Shown: positions 35,611-54,070, numbered from the stretch's first letter. The stretch is 64,000 nt of DNA from the human T2T-CHM13v2.0 reference genome, Homo sapiens (GCF_009914755.1 NC_060937.1); one strand, 5' to 3'. A program made the numbers and translations. Notes: generated by a model from the sequence alone, not told the origin.

Positions 35611-35665
35611 CTTTCCTCATTTCCTTCTGTGTCAAGGGTCTTTTTAAATATTATCTATCATTTGA

Positions 35666-35972
<307 letters not shown>

Positions 35973-36553
35973 TATTATCTATCCTTTGAAGCCCTCCCTA
36001 CCTCAACAAAGAAAAACATACCCTTTTCTACCTCATTCCTATAACTTTTTAAATATTTCTGTTAATGTTCATATTACTATGTAATTAAGCATCTGTCTTA
36101 CCCATTAGATTGACAAATTCCTTTTTGTACTTTAGCCTTTAGCACAATATTTAGCAGATAATAAGTACTCATTCAGATGTTTCTTAAACTAATGGTTCTT
36201 TTCAATCTTCAATAATATAAAGCTGTCAAATAGAAAGCTTTAGAAACTGTCATCAAAAAATAAGTGTCACTCTGATACTGAAATATTTTAGCTGAAGAAA
36301 GCACAGAAGCTCTCCTGTATCCAAGGACAATTTTAGATACTACTACTGAAATTTTACTTACATACTACTTTTACATACAATTTTAGATACATACTACTGA
36401 AAGTAGGCCATAGGAAGTCATATCCCAAAGGTTTGTCTACAGGAGAGCTACTTCCTAAAACCTTGGAGATGGTAGTTGTAGGCACAGCAACCTCTATGGT
36501 TATCACACTTATACAGAATCATATATATTTGTGGAATATAAAACATCTGTTTT

Positions 36554-36820
<267 letters not shown>

Positions 36821-38753
36821 ATTTGTTTCTGAGACCTGGGATATCTTCTATCCTCTCATTGCAGTGTTTTTGCCAATAACACTTCTCAGGGCCCACAGTC
36901 ATTTCAGTTAGTATTTAACCAGAATTAATCAACCACTCCTTACTAAGTACTTAGAATGTACAAGGCCCCACACTTACCTGAACATTGGACTAATTCTTAT
37001 TATCCTGGATAACTTTCTTCTTACAGCAGTGTATGTCAGATAATGAAAAGAAAACAAACCCTGCAGTTAGCCAGGTTTCTTGAAAGTGAAATCACAGTAT
37101 AATTATCATTCTTTTATGGTATGTTTGTGTTCCCAGATTCTAACTCATATGTTCTTTGCGATTTCTCGGAAGATTTCAGGGACATTTCAGCATCCCAAGT
37201 GCCCCTTAGGCAATCCACTTCATAAGAAGTTCCAACAAATTGCATTTTTCTTTATGTGTGTCACTCTTTCGGTTCATACTTAACTGTTTTGAAATTTTCT
37301 TAAGAGTATCTTTTTACATGTTTTTCTTATGCACCTATGTAGTTAAATTTTACAGTCAGCATGCTAAAAAAAAACTACTGAGCGGGTAAATTAATTTTTC
37401 TTTAAATGAAAATATACTTGTTTCTCAGATTCACACATACATTTCTCATCATAGTGGTGCTCTTCAAGTTAAACTGTTTTCGATTTGTTGGATATAAATG
37501 AGTGTTTTTAAAGAGAAAGATAATTATTATAGTGAAAACCAAAAACACATGTATGATACAAGTCATATTTTCCCTATAAAGTTTTAGAAAGATTTTTTTT
37601 TTCCATGTAAGGGTGTGTGACTTCAGGTCTGAAGAAATTTAGGGACTAAAATGTTGCAAAAAATACTGCAAATGTTGAATTTACACACATACTTTATGAG
37701 AAAGCTAAAGCTATTGTATTAACAGTGAGAATATATCTTGAATTTTTATAATCTTTTTCTATCAAACTCTAAAATGCTTTCAGATGAATTATGTTATACT
37801 ACCCTACTTAGGAACCAGTTACAAATTACTTTCAAGTAAGTGTATCTGGGAATGAGGAATCAGAGAAAGGAAAAGTTTTAAATTAGTCTTCTCTGCTGAG
37901 AATTGGCCTTTTGCTTATGTTTTCTAGGATTCAAGAGGGAATTAGGCTTTTTACCCAAAATACATACTTTTCAGTAAATAATAAGTGTGTTTAATATTGA
38001 TATATTATCTTGTAGTTTTTTATATTCATTTATTTTATTTAAGCCTCACAACAGCTCATTCTTACACCCATTTCACAGAGGCAACAACTGAATCACAGTT
38101 GTTCATTCTGTAAAATGTTAATTCTCCTCAGTTTTGAGTTGTGTAAAAGACATTTGAATTTCCTTTAGATTGTACTCTCTGGACCACTGTGTTTATATAG
38201 GCTTGTATAGAACCTAATAGAACTATGTCAAAATTGTTTTGGTTTTTGTAAGTATTTTGATTTCTTCTTTAATCTTTTCATTATCTTCTTTTAAATTATA
38301 AATATCTTTGTTGTATCCTACAAGTCAGTTCAGTCTTGTGTGACCCAATATATTAATATCTCATCATAAAAATATTTTATCTGTGCATATATACCCTTTT
38401 AATTTTTTATATCACATTTTCACATCTATTATGTAACATATAGACCTAGCAATTTTTAGGTTTCTTTTTTTAAGAATGAAATGTGTATTTTCCCACTGCA
38501 TTTTAGAAGCTTGTGATATGTTTTCGGTTAAATTAAAAGTACATTTCTCTGACCTTTTTTTGTCAGTAAGGAGCAAGTAAATGACTTCTCTTGCTATCAT
38601 TTCTAACCCTGTGCTTATATGACTATCTTAGAATAGTAGCAGCTTATAACAAACCAAACAATTCTGAGACATAAGGAGACACACACACAAAAAAAAACTA
38701 CAAAACTGTAAAATCTCTGAAACTGTATAATCTCTGAAAATATTTGGTGGCCA

Positions 38754-39075
38754 GGCCGGGCGCAGTGGCTCACGCCTGTAATCCCAACACTTCGGGAGGC
38801 CGAAGCAGGGGGATCACGAGGTCAGGAGATCAAGACCATCCTGGCTAACACGGTGAAACCCTGTCTCTACTAAAAATACAAAAAAAAAAAAAAAAAAAAA
38901 AAGCCAGGGCGGTGGCGGGTGCCTTGTAGTCCCAGCTACTTGGGAGGCTGAGGCAGGAGAATGGCTGAACCCGGGAGGCAGAGCTTGCAGTGCAGTGAGC
39001 CAAGATCACACTACTGCACTCCAGCGTGGGCAACAGGGTGAGACTCCGTCTCAAAAAACAGAAAAAGAAAAAGAA
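38754..39075 (+). mobile_element. AluY with an expanded central poly(A) of about 23 A
   Basis: AluY diagnostics; 18-bp TSD GAAAATATTTGGTGGCCA. Confidence 0.93.
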
Positions 39076-39375
39076 AATATTTGGTGGCCAGGAGACAATA
39101 TTAACAATTATATGAGATAATTATAGTCATAATTCTGTTAGACACCATATTGGCAATATCTTGTTGTAAACTTAAGTCACTGATCCCGTATCAAGGAGCT
39201 GACACTAAGAGAAGGCTGGAATACAACATGGAGAAGGTACAGGCACTGGAGTGAGTCATACTCTGAAAACCAGTGCTCTAAGTGGAGGATAGGGTTTAAA
39301 GTCTGAAGTTGATGCTGAAAATCAACAAGAATATGCAACAAAACCCATCAAACACTACTGAAATAGTAAAGGCCA

Positions 39376-39698
39376 GGGTCCAGCACAGTGGGTCACACCT
39401 ATAATCCCAGGACTTTGGGAGGCTGAGGCAGAAGGATTGCTTGGAGCCCAGGAGTTGTGTACTAGCCTGGTCAACATAATGAGACTCCATCTCTAGAAAA
39501 AAAAATTTTTTAAAATAAATAATTAGCTAGATGTGGTGGCTCGTGCCTATAGTCCCAGCTTCATGGGAGGCTGAGGTGGGAGGACCACTTGACCCCGGGA
39601 CTTCAAGGCTGTAGTGAGCTGTGCTTGCACCACTGCACTCCAGCCTGGGCAAGAGTGAGACCCTATCTCAAAAACAAAACAAAAAAGAAGGAAAAAAA
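39376..39698 (+). mobile_element. AluJ
   Basis: Diverged dimer. Confidence 0.88.
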
Positions 39699-40185
39699 AA
39701 TTTTGATGAAAAAGTTAAGACCAGAAACTAGACAGCAGCCAGATGACTACTGTTAATAGAAGGGAAAGCAATTGCACTTGGTCACAAAGCCAGGCATCAA
39801 GAAAACATGAATGTCAGAAAGCAGAGTGGGGAAAGTAGTGAGAAGTCCAGGGTAATCAGTAATGAGATGCACAAAAGGGTCTGAGCAAACCAATCAGAAT
39901 AGAATTAAGGTTCCCACACTCCTGTTTTAAGTCAACAATAGCAGTAGATTTTAATTCAGGAACCTACTTCAGTGTGTTAATAATAGCTTCTTATCTGGAT
40001 CACTGTTGAGAATTACCCTAAGATCATATCCATGATTGTGAAAGAATGTTTCAGGTGATTAGTTATGTCCCGGAGGCTGTAACAGCCCAATTGTCTCTCA
40101 TTTGCTATCATTCGTATAAAAGCATGAGCTCTCACTAAGCCTTCAGTAATAGATAGGGTATAGCTCCAAAAATGTTTCTGTCATC

Positions 40186-40498
<313 letters not shown>

Positions 40499-41120
40499 TC
40501 TGTCATCTTAAATGTATTAGAATAAGAAGTAGATAAACCTGCTCTGCTCTAGTCAGTACTTCTTTCTTTATTCTGTTCTAGGCCCAAAAATTTTCAATGT
40601 AAGGAAAACAGGATGATGAAAGAATTCTTTTCAGTCATAAGAGAGATGAATGAAACTGGGGATGTTTAGAGAAGATAAGACTTAGTGAAAGATAAGAAAT
40701 TCAAAGTAGGCACGTAAAACAGGCAGTAAGAGATTTGTTACACATGTCTCCAAAGTCCAGAATTAAACCAAAGGCTAGATGCTATGAGGAGACACATCCT
40801 GTTTTGTTGTTCTACTTTTTTTTTTTTTTTCTTTTTGAAACGGGAGTGTTTTGGTTTTATAGTTGAGTAAGGAAAACCTAGATTAATACCTAATGTGTCT
40901 TCATTTTTAAAGCCTGGGCTAGGTGGCCATATAGTCAGAGGGGATTTCTTAATTGTATAGAGAGACTGGGCTAAATAACTTGAAGATCTCTTCCAAACCT
41001 GAAATTGTGTGTATCACAGACATTGATGGAAGGCATCTGCATTATTGTATAATGATAGCTTTGACCCCAGAAAGGCCTTACTTAATTTGAATGCTGTTTC
41101 ACTTCTTAGTAGCTAAATGA

Positions 41121-41660
<540 letters not shown>

Positions 41661-42254
41661 CTTCTTGAGTCTTTGAAGCCTCAGTTTCTTCTCTTCAAAA
41701 TTAAAGTAATATCTACTTCTTGGTATTTGAGTGTGAATTAAATTATTATGTAAGATACTCAGCACAAAGCCTGGTACATTGTAGATACTCAGTGAACATT
41801 CACTTCTGTCCCCTCTCTTCCTCCCTCCAGACCTAAAATTTGTATATACTTCTTTTGAGGCAAAGAGACAATCCCAGGGTGATGTTACCCTACAAGTGGA
41901 AGCAAGTATCTAGATAGGGAGATCGAGGGGCTGTAGATAACAGCAGTTTGCAGTTGCAGATATTAATACTATTCTACAATTTGCAGTACAAAATCTGTTT
42001 TGTCCTTTATTTAGTGTATAGTGGTATTGCATTCAAAGTAACTTTTTAAAAATAATACATTATATTTGCTTTAATAGTAGTTTAAAATTCTTGTTGAGCA
42101 TTTAGAGTGTAGAATGGATGACTTTGAATTAAAGTTATATTTTCTTTTAAACTATTTTTAATCATGTTAAATAGGATAATGATATTTTGCTATTTTAAAA
42201 AATTTTTATCTGTTAAAAATTCCCACTGAAGTATTTACAAGTGAAATTATCTGA

Positions 42255-42555
42255 GGCTGGGCACAGTGGTTCACACCCATAATCCCAGCACTTTGGGAGG
42301 CTGAGGCGGGCAGATTGCTTGAGGTCAGGAGTTCAAGACCAACCTGGCCAACATGGTGAAACCCTGTCTCTACTAAAAATACAAAAAATTAGCCAGAAGT
42401 GGTGGCACACCCTTGTAATCCCAGGTACTCAGGAGGCTGAGGCAGGAGAATCACTTGAACCCAGGAGGGGAAGGTTGCACTGAGCGGAAATCATGCCACT
42501 GCACTCCAGCCTGGGTGACAGAGTGAGTCTCCATCTCAAAAAAAAGAAAAAGAAA
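42255..42555 (+). mobile_element. AluSx/Sz
   Basis: TSD GAAATTATCTGAG. Confidence 0.92.
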
Positions 42556-42639
42556 TTATCTGAGATCTGGAATATGTGTTAATATATATCAGGGGGAAAA
42601 TCTGGTAAGGAAATAGATAAAACAGTGTTGACAAAACAA

Positions 42640-43410
42640 TCCTGGTAGTTCCTCAAACAGTTAAACATAGAGTTACATACAACCCAGCAGCTCTATGCCC
42701 AGGTATATAAACAAAAGAAATTGAAACATATCCACACAAAAATTTACACACAAAACTTTTCACTGTTTCAAAATGTGTCAGTGTTTATGAGTGCAACATT
42801 ATTCATAGTAACCAAAAAGTGGAAATAACCCAGATGTCCTTCAGCTGATGAGTAAACAAAATTTGGTATATCCATGCAGTGGAATATGATTTTGCCATGA
42901 AAGGAAGGAAGTACTGATAGATGGTACAACATGGATGAACTTTAAAAACATTATACTAAGTGAAAGAAGCCAGTCACAAAAAAAGCAGACGGTATATGAT
43001 TCCACTGATGTGAACTGTCTAGAACTGGGAATTCTACAAGGACAAAAAGTAGATTGATTAGTGACAGCTTAGAATTAGAGTGATGGGGGCATGGCAGGAT
43101 AGGAGGGTATAGTTAAAGCAATCAGAGTTTCTTAGGTTTTGGTTTGTTTTTGTTTTTTGTTTCTTTTGAGATGATGGAAATATTTTAAAATTGACTGGTA
43201 ATTGTTGCATGTGTCTGTGAATATACTAAAAACCATTGAATTATACACTTCAAATGGATGAACTGTGTGGTATGTGAATTATATCTCAGGAACGCTATTT
43301 GAGAAAGAAAATATCGACAAAATGTTGATAATTGAAGTTGCGCAGTGGAAAGTGGGGACTCAGTATTCTATCCCCTCCATTTTTGTGTCATTGAAAATTT
43401 CCGTCATAAA
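42640..43410 (+). mobile_element. L1MB7/8-like 3' end nested in an L1ME-like 3' end
   Basis: AAACATAGAGTTAC...AAGTGAAAGAAGCCAGTCACAAAA...GAATTATATCTCA, followed by GTTGATAATTGAAG...GAAAATTTCCGTCATAAAA. Confidence 0.75.
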
Positions 43411-43421
43411 ATGCTTTATTA

Positions 43422-44365
<944 letters not shown>

Positions 44366-45106
44366 ATTTTAAATATCCAAAATATATATGTATTTGGTTT
44401 AAAACAAGACTGGTTTTTACCTTGTGTTACTTCAAGAGAGATGCACAGAGTTATATGACTTACTAGTCACGATGCGTTGTTACTCCCATATGAAAGCACT
44501 TCCATTTACCAGTGGAGCACATAGTTTGCATTATGCTTGTCAAAGCTATTTTCATCAAGAAATGCTATCTATGTGTCTCCTTGCCAACATCTTTGCAGAG
44601 TTTACAACTTTCAGCAATTTATTGGCATCAACTACGCAATACTGTTAAGCAGCTGCTGTACAGCTGAGCTGTTTTAATATGCCACCACTTATGCAAATAG
44701 TTAATATTAAATGGCCAAGATGCATGCTTTTGGATTCAAAAGAACAGTTTATCTCTCTCATAGAGATTGTTTATGCAGTCATCATCATCATCATCATCAT
44801 CTGGAAATTTCACAAGAACATCCTTGCCCTTAACTCTTCAATTTTGAAAAGTAATTATTATACTGCAACATAGTTTTTGTTATTTAGTTTTTAGTTTTAG
44901 TCCAAGTTTCAGTTGTATAATCAGATGCAATTCTTCATTTGTTAATGTTAATGAATGGTTCGTTCATTCATATAGTAATGGTAATTTTATTATGTATTTG
45001 ATATACTAGAATTACAACATGTACTGTTAACTTTCTGCAAGTTAGTATAAAAGCATATCAGATTTTATCAGACTACGTTATAGAATAGTATTGAAACGTT
45101 TCAGCT

Positions 45107-45695
<589 letters not shown>

Positions 45696-45908
45696 CAATC
45701 GATCAATCAATGTCTTAAACAAGTGGTAAAAGGAAAAGAGGATTGAGGGAAGGCACTTTTACAGTTTTTGAATTTTACAATGAACAAATAATATTTCTAT
45801 AAATTTAAAACAGAATTTAAAAAATATTTTGAAAATAACTTTCTAAATTAATGAAGCATCTGCCAGGCCTAGGCTAGAACTGCCAGAATGAAACGAAGCT
45901 CTAGATTA

Positions 45909-46956
<1,048 letters not shown>

Positions 46957-47047
46957 TTAGAAAAAGGTAAAAAGATGGAAAGCCAAAGGACATAGAAGAT
47001 TCTCGCAAGAAAGAAAATACCTACAAGGAAATAAAGAATCAGGATGG

Positions 47048-47277
<230 letters not shown>

Positions 47278-47409
47278 TCAGAGTTTTCAGAAATTTGATT
47301 TTAGAAGACAGAGCAGTAATACCATGAAAGCATGTTTCTTTTACAGCACCAGCACCCTCTCAGAACATTAATAAATTGTATGCCATCAAATAACAAACAG
47401 AATGAGGGA

Positions 47410-47635
47410 GGAAGGAGTTCAAGACTAGCCTGGGTAACACAGTCTCTACAAAAAGTTAAAAAGTTAACTGGGGACAGTGGTAGGTGCATGTGGTGCCAGC
47501 GGCTCAGGAGGCTAAAGCAGTAGGATCCCTTGAGCCCCAGAGTGAAGGCACTGTGGTGAGCCATATTTGCACCACCGCACTACAGCCTGAGCAACAGAGC
47601 AAGAACCTGTCTCAAAAAAAAAAGAAAAAAAAGGG
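47410..47635 (+). mobile_element. Degenerate AluJ
   Basis: GGAGTTCAAGACTAGCCTGGG...CTGTCTCAAAAA. Confidence 0.8.
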
Positions 47636-48518
47636 AGAAAGGGAGGTAGAGGCCGGAGGCGGGGAAGGGAGAGAAAGAGAGGGAAGTGGAAGAAATAGTG
47701 GAACTTGCCAAAGTGTACAATAAAAAGAAATTTCAGTCTTAAAAGCAGTCAGTACAGAATTAATCTCAGCAAACAACACGATTAAGAAGCTAGATAATAT
47801 TAGGTAATAAGGAAAAAGGCGTACATTGTTTCTATCAATGAGAAAACAAAAGGGCAGAAACTCTGAAAAGAGGGGAAAAAAATATTTGTTGGAAAGTTGA
47901 AGTACAAATAGGAACCTAAATCAATGGCATGATTTTTTAGCAGTAGATACAGTATAAGAAAAAGAATCCAGTCAAACTTAGTACTTAAAACATTCTTCTT
48001 TGAGCATCACAGTTTCCTTTTCTGTAGTCACATTCTCTGCAATAAACAATATTTACAAATAATGAAGCAATGCTGCAAATAAACCCACTGACCAATCAGA
48101 AAAATGATAGTTATAGAAGAGGAAAGTAGAATCAAAAGGCAGGGAGATGAGATGCCAAACTCAAATGCAAACAATGAGAGCGGAATCTGAAATACGAGAT
48201 GAAGCCAATACCCAGAAGCCAGACACAGGATAAGAACCGAACCAGGTTAGAAGCAAAGCAGAGGGCTTCAAAATGATTTCATCTTACCAAAGGATTTCTC
48301 TTCGTAGTGACAAAAATGTTTTCTAATTATTGCCTGTTATGTTGGATTGTTTCCTGTTTGCTTTGTCAGTTTGTGAATTGGGATCTCATGAATCATGATC
48401 ATTTCATTGTAATAGTAGCATCAACTAGGATAGGACAATTTATGTCAAAAAGGTCGGTGTAAGACATATTCAAATACTTTCATGGCTGTGAACACTTAAT
48501 ATAATAAAGAGGTTCTTG

Positions 48519-49470
48519 CGGACAGGTGCGGTGGCTCACACCTGTAATCCCAGCATTTTGGGAGGCTGAGGTGGGTGAATCATGAGGTCAGGAGTTCAAG
48601 ACCAGCCTGGCCAAGATGGTGAAACCCCGTCTCTACTAAAAATAACAAAAAATTAGCCGGGCATGGTAGTGGGCACCTGTAATCCCAGCTACTTGGGAGA
48701 CTGAAGCAGAGAATTGCTTGAACCTGGGAGGCAGAGGTTGCAGTGAGCCGAGATCACACCACTGCACTCCAACCTGGGCGACAGAATGAGACTCCGTCTC
48801 AAAAAAAAAAAAAAAAAAGTTCTTTCTAATTTTGTTTTCCCTTCAGCATGATCCCACGCCTATCTCCAAGAATACAGCCAGAAAAATACATCATTCATTA
48901 AAGAGTAAAACATTAAAACAGTGCGACATGGGTGCATAAATAGACAGACTGTAGAAACAGAGTTTTAAAGTCCATAAATAAATAATATACTTACAGCAGT
49001 TTAGTACATTATAAAGATGGCATCAGTGGGGGAAAAAATGGTCTCTTCAGTACATGATGTTGTTATAGGAGAGCCATCTTGAGGGGACAGATGTTGTATT
49101 CATATGTTTTACCATAAGCCAGGATAAACTTTAAACCAATCAAAGATCTATATGTTTGAAAAAGAAAAGAGGCTGGGCACAGTGACTCACGCCTGTAATC
49201 CCAGCACTTTGGGAGGCCGAGGCGAGTGGATCACGAGGTCAGGACTTCAAGACCAGCCTGGCCAAGATGGTGAAACCCCGTCTCTATTAAAAATACAAAA
49301 ATTAGCTGAGCGTGGTTGTGGGTGCTTGTAATCCTAGCTACTCTGGAGGCTGAGGCAGAGAATTGCTTGAACCTGGGAGGCGGAGATTGCAGTGAGCCGA
49401 GATCTTGCCACTGCACTCCAGCCTGGATGACAGAGCGAGACTCCATCTCAAAAAAAAAAAGAAAAGAAAA
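48519..49470 (+). mobile_element. Two AluSg-type copies (48519-48818, 49171-49470)
   Basis: Both carry GGCCAAGATGGTGAAACCCCG and GCAGAGAATTGCTTGAACC. Confidence 0.9.
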
Positions 49471-50008
49471 ACCACAAAAGTAACTTAAGAAAATATAGGA
49501 AAAAAACATGGAGAAGACCACAGAAGAAAAGATTGACATATTCTGCTACATCACAATCAAATGTTCTTCATAACAAAAAAAAAAAAGCGGGGGGGGGGGG
49601 GGTCATAAACAAAGTCAAGTAAGAGGTAAACTGGAAAAATTGCCACTCATATTAAAGACAAAGGGCTAATTTCCCTAACATATAAAGAGCTCCTTGAAAT
49701 GTATAAGAAAATGACCACTCAGTAGAAAAATGGGCCAAGGCAATCAACTGAAAAAAAACCTTCAATATATTAAAAAAAAAAAAAAACTGCTCAACTTCAC
49801 TGTAAAAGGAATGCAAAATAAACATACACAAACCCTTATCAGACTGGCAAAAATCCTAAAAGGTAACAGAAGCTTACATTTTATCAATTATAAAACTAAA
49901 GCTCATTGAACTAGATTAGGCAGCCTAAGTTTAAACAATAATAATGTCAAGAATAGATGTGTCGTTTGCTAATAGCTTTATACTAAAATAGTACCACTAC
50001 ATGTGCTT

Positions 50009-50284
50009 AGCCAGGTGCAGTGGCTCATGCCTATAATCCCAGCACTTTGGGAGGCCAAGGCTGGAGAATCACTTAAGGCCAGGAGTGAGAGACCAGCCTG
50101 AGCAACATAGTAAGACCTCATCTCTACCAAAAATTTAAAAATTAGCTGGGTGTGGGGGAATGCCCCTGTAGTCCTAGCTACTCAGGAGGCTGAGGCGGTA
50201 GGATGGTTTGAATGAACTGTGATCACACCATAGCACTCTAGCATGGACAACAGAGCAAGACCCTGTCTCTAAAAAAAAAAAAAT
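50009..50284 (+). mobile_element. AluJ with a right-arm deletion
   Basis: Alu motifs. Confidence 0.85.
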
Positions 50285-51763
50285 TGAAGTGGAATTTTCT
50301 TGGTTCAAATTTACCATCGATATAAGTTGGATCATTATATAAGCCAAACATAATAAAATTGAAAATGTGTTCTAAATGTTATTTGGGTACCCACTGTAGC
50401 TGTATTATCCTAATAAGAATTTTACAGAATTTTGCTGCTCTTAAAGTGTTCTTTGCCTGGATTTCAGAAACTGCTAATATTTTTTGTACAGTCACATTAA
50501 CGAAAGTGGTACTGTGACAACACCCCAAACTGGGGTGATCTTAGGATAAAGCAAAGATGTGAATTTCCCTTCTAATCTCCTGACCACTAAACCCCCCTTT
50601 ACCTTATTTATCTGTAGAATAGTGCTAGATTGTTTTGGAGGGGATTTTTGCTCTTATTTTATCTTCATGCCAAAGATAGAAAAGTTGTGGCTAATAAAGA
50701 GATGTTCTTTCAGATAGAAAGTTTTTCTTTTCATAGGCTTTCCCTTCTACTTATCTTGGTAAGTAGAACAGGAGCTGAAATCTACCATAACACCATACCC
50801 ATTTGACATCAAATCAATAATTATATACTTCACCATAGTGGAGCATATAAATGAAACAACATAATCTTGAAAGCAAAAAGAGTCCCCAAATGGCCCAGAT
50901 AATCATATATCAGATTGGCAATGTCTGCAAGTATATGCATTCTCATGTACATTGGCCAAGCCAGGCCCACTACTGCAGAAAGGAGAAAGGATTCTGACAC
51001 CATTTCTTCTGACACGTCTCGCAGCCCTAAAATCTATTAAGGTTATATGGCTTAAACTCAGCAACACTGCTTTAAAATACTCACTCAAGTTAGATGGTTC
51101 TAAATAGAACTAATGACAGCCAGAAGAGAAAGGCCTGTAGGAACTTGCTGTGACACAGAGCTGGTGTCTATAAACAGATTAGTAGAAGAGAGCAGAACAT
51201 TGTTCTATCACCATAACTTTCGTGTTTTGGCATGAAGATACAATAAGATAATAGGAAAAAATTACCTGTTACATAGCCTACCACTGTTCTGTTCTGATAA
51301 ATAAAGATTAAGAAGAGTTTAGCCTGTCATCTCTCCATATACTTGTATATGATGTATCAATTTAGTAATTAATCATAAATACCCACTAACTAGTGTTATG
51401 TACTAAAGATTTGTCTATGGATATGAAAGACAAATACACTTGGGAGCAAGAACGGGTGAAATTTTTGATCTCTTCAAAAAGTTCATCACAATTAATTCTT
51501 AGTTCAAAGGGCAACTGAAGCCAACCCCACTTATCATTTGTAAAAGGATAAGGGATAATACAGCTAAAGAAATCCTGAATCTGTATTAAACTTACTGTTT
51601 AACTGCTGACTAGTAGCCAAGATTGGATTCTTTTTCTCTACCATCTTTATATAAGAATTCAAAGGAAATGCGACAGTTTAAAAGAAGAAGAGAAAAAGTT
51701 AAATGCTTAAATAGTCTACTCAGCGAATATATGTGGAGCATCTACAGTGGAAGGTAGCTATGC

Positions 51764-52118
51764 CAGTGGTTCCCAAATTTGTCTGTCTATTAGAATCACT
51801 TGAGATCTTCAAAAATTCCAAAATACAAAAAAATTAGCTGGGCGTGGTGGCATGCGCCTGTAGTCCCAGCTACTCAGGCACTGAGGCAGGAGGATGGCTT
51901 GAGCCCAGGAGGTAGAGGCTGCAGTGAGCCGAGACCACACCACTGCACTCCAGCCTGGGTGACAGTGAGATCCTATCTAAAAAAAAAAAAAAATTCCAAA
52001 GCCCAGGCCACACCACATCAATTATCTCACAGTCTCTGGGGTTGGGACACAGTCATCACTGGCAATATTTGAAGCTCCACAGGTGATTTCAGTGTGCAGA
52101 AAAACGTGGAAACCACTA
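51764..52118 (+). mobile_element. MER5A-like MITE containing a 5'-truncated Alu right arm (about 51820-51992)
   Basis: Termini CAGTGGTTCCCAAA and GGAAACCACTA; Alu TSD AAAAATTCCAAA. Confidence 0.85.
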
Positions 52119-52265
52119 GACTATAGAATGTTGTAATTGTCAGTTATATTAAATGAGTATTAATGATCAAAAGATTCATGTGCATGATTCTAATTACTAT
52201 TTTATTTTCACAACTTATGTGTGTAGTATAATTGTTTCTTCTACTTAAAAATATTTTAATATTAA

Positions 52266-52550
<285 letters not shown>

Positions 52551-53290
52551 TAAATGTATTTTAGTTAATTTTTTCCTTTTACATTTATGAAATGAGTAGA
52601 TTCCACAAATATGTTTCATGAAAAGACCTTGAAGGATTTGCATTAATCCATTTTCTAAATGTGTATATTACCTATCTTATAGATGATAGTATATTTTACT
52701 GTAATTCCTCATAAAGTGTGAAATCAATTAACATAAACTGAAATGCATTGTTAGCTAAAAATATATGTGCACAGAAATTAAAGAAAAAAATAAGAAAAAT
52801 TTGGATTAAAAGGTAAAATACCAAAAATATGTACAGTTATTATGTGCCAATTTTTAAAAATAGAGAAAATAAATTAGGAAATATTGAAAACTATATATTT
52901 TAACAAATAATAAGAATCAAGATTAAAAGGCAAGAGAATTAAAATAGGAGTAACATTATTAAATATTCCATTTTACTTCAAATGGTTTCTCAATCATGCT
53001 TTCATTTCTCAGGAGAAACATGATTTTTATCTGCTAAACATAGAGACTCAAAACCAGAAAGATTTTCTCTGATATTCTGATTCAGTGAGTCCCCAGAATC
53101 TTAATTTTTTTAACTCCCAAGTTGAATATAATAGTCAAATATGAGAACTTCTGATCTCAGTCATTTTATTATACATGCAGATAATGCTACTGAAGATTAA
53201 TAGGATGAAAGAGATTTTTTAGTGATTATATAATTCAACCTCCCTTTTTAAAAAAATGAAAGTTGCAGTTTAGATCAAATAAGAGACAAT

Positions 53291-53568
53291 TGGGCAGACA
53301 TGGTGGCTCACACCTCTAATCCCAGCACTTTGGGAGGCCAAAGTGGGAGGATCACCTGAGGTCAGGAGTTCAAGACCAGGCTGGCCAACATGGTGAAACC
53401 CTATCTCTACTAAAAATACAAAAATTACCCGGGTGTGGTGGCACACGCCTGTAGTCCCAGCTACTTGGGAGACAGGCAGGAGAATTGTCGGTGCGATGGC
53501 ACCACTGCATTCACCACCTTGGCGAGAGAGTGAAACTCTGCCTCAAAAAATAAAATAAAATAAAATAA
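53291..53568 (+). mobile_element. AluS with a right-arm deletion
   Basis: TSD-like AATAAG(A/G)GACAATT. Confidence 0.9.
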
Positions 53569-53619
53569 GGGACAATTATTTTAAGGATACGTGTGGCAGT
53601 AATGTAGACTAAGCTGACA

Positions 53620-54070
53620 GGCGGGAGAAAACAGGATGGCTCAGTTGACTAGCCTGGACACAAGGCGGCTGAGTCCATGCATCTTTTCCTCTGTAGTACA
53701 TCAGCTTCTCTTTGTTTCTCCTCTAGTTTCTGCTTACTCATGTTTTCCACTTCCTCATTAACTTGCTCACAGCCCTTTGTCTTGAAACAGGTTTCTGTAC
53801 ATCCTTTCTGCATCTACCCTCTTATAATGTAGTTCTCCCTGTATTTTCCAAGACTAACAATCTAATTGGCATAGCTAATTCTTGTTGGGTGATACCCCTT
53901 TTTGGCAAGACTTCCTAAGCTTATTACCCAGCCTACAGAATGGCTGCCCTTAATGGTGAGCAGGAGTCACACAGTTCCAAATACAGCTGCCGAGGACTGT
54001 TTATTAAGGGCTATGGCTAGGCAGGTTTTGCTCAGAGAGTGGGCAGAGATTGTGGCAGACACTATGCTGT
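53620..54070. mobile_element. Possible old MLT1-type LTR remnant
   Basis: AATCTAATTGG and TGGCTGCCCTT motifs reminiscent of late MLT1 families; highly diverged. Confidence 0.35.

Noticed and set aside
43335-43365. TTGCGCAGTGG resembling the U4 snRNA 5' end
   Set aside because: Only about 11 nt match and the context is an L1ME-like 3' end.
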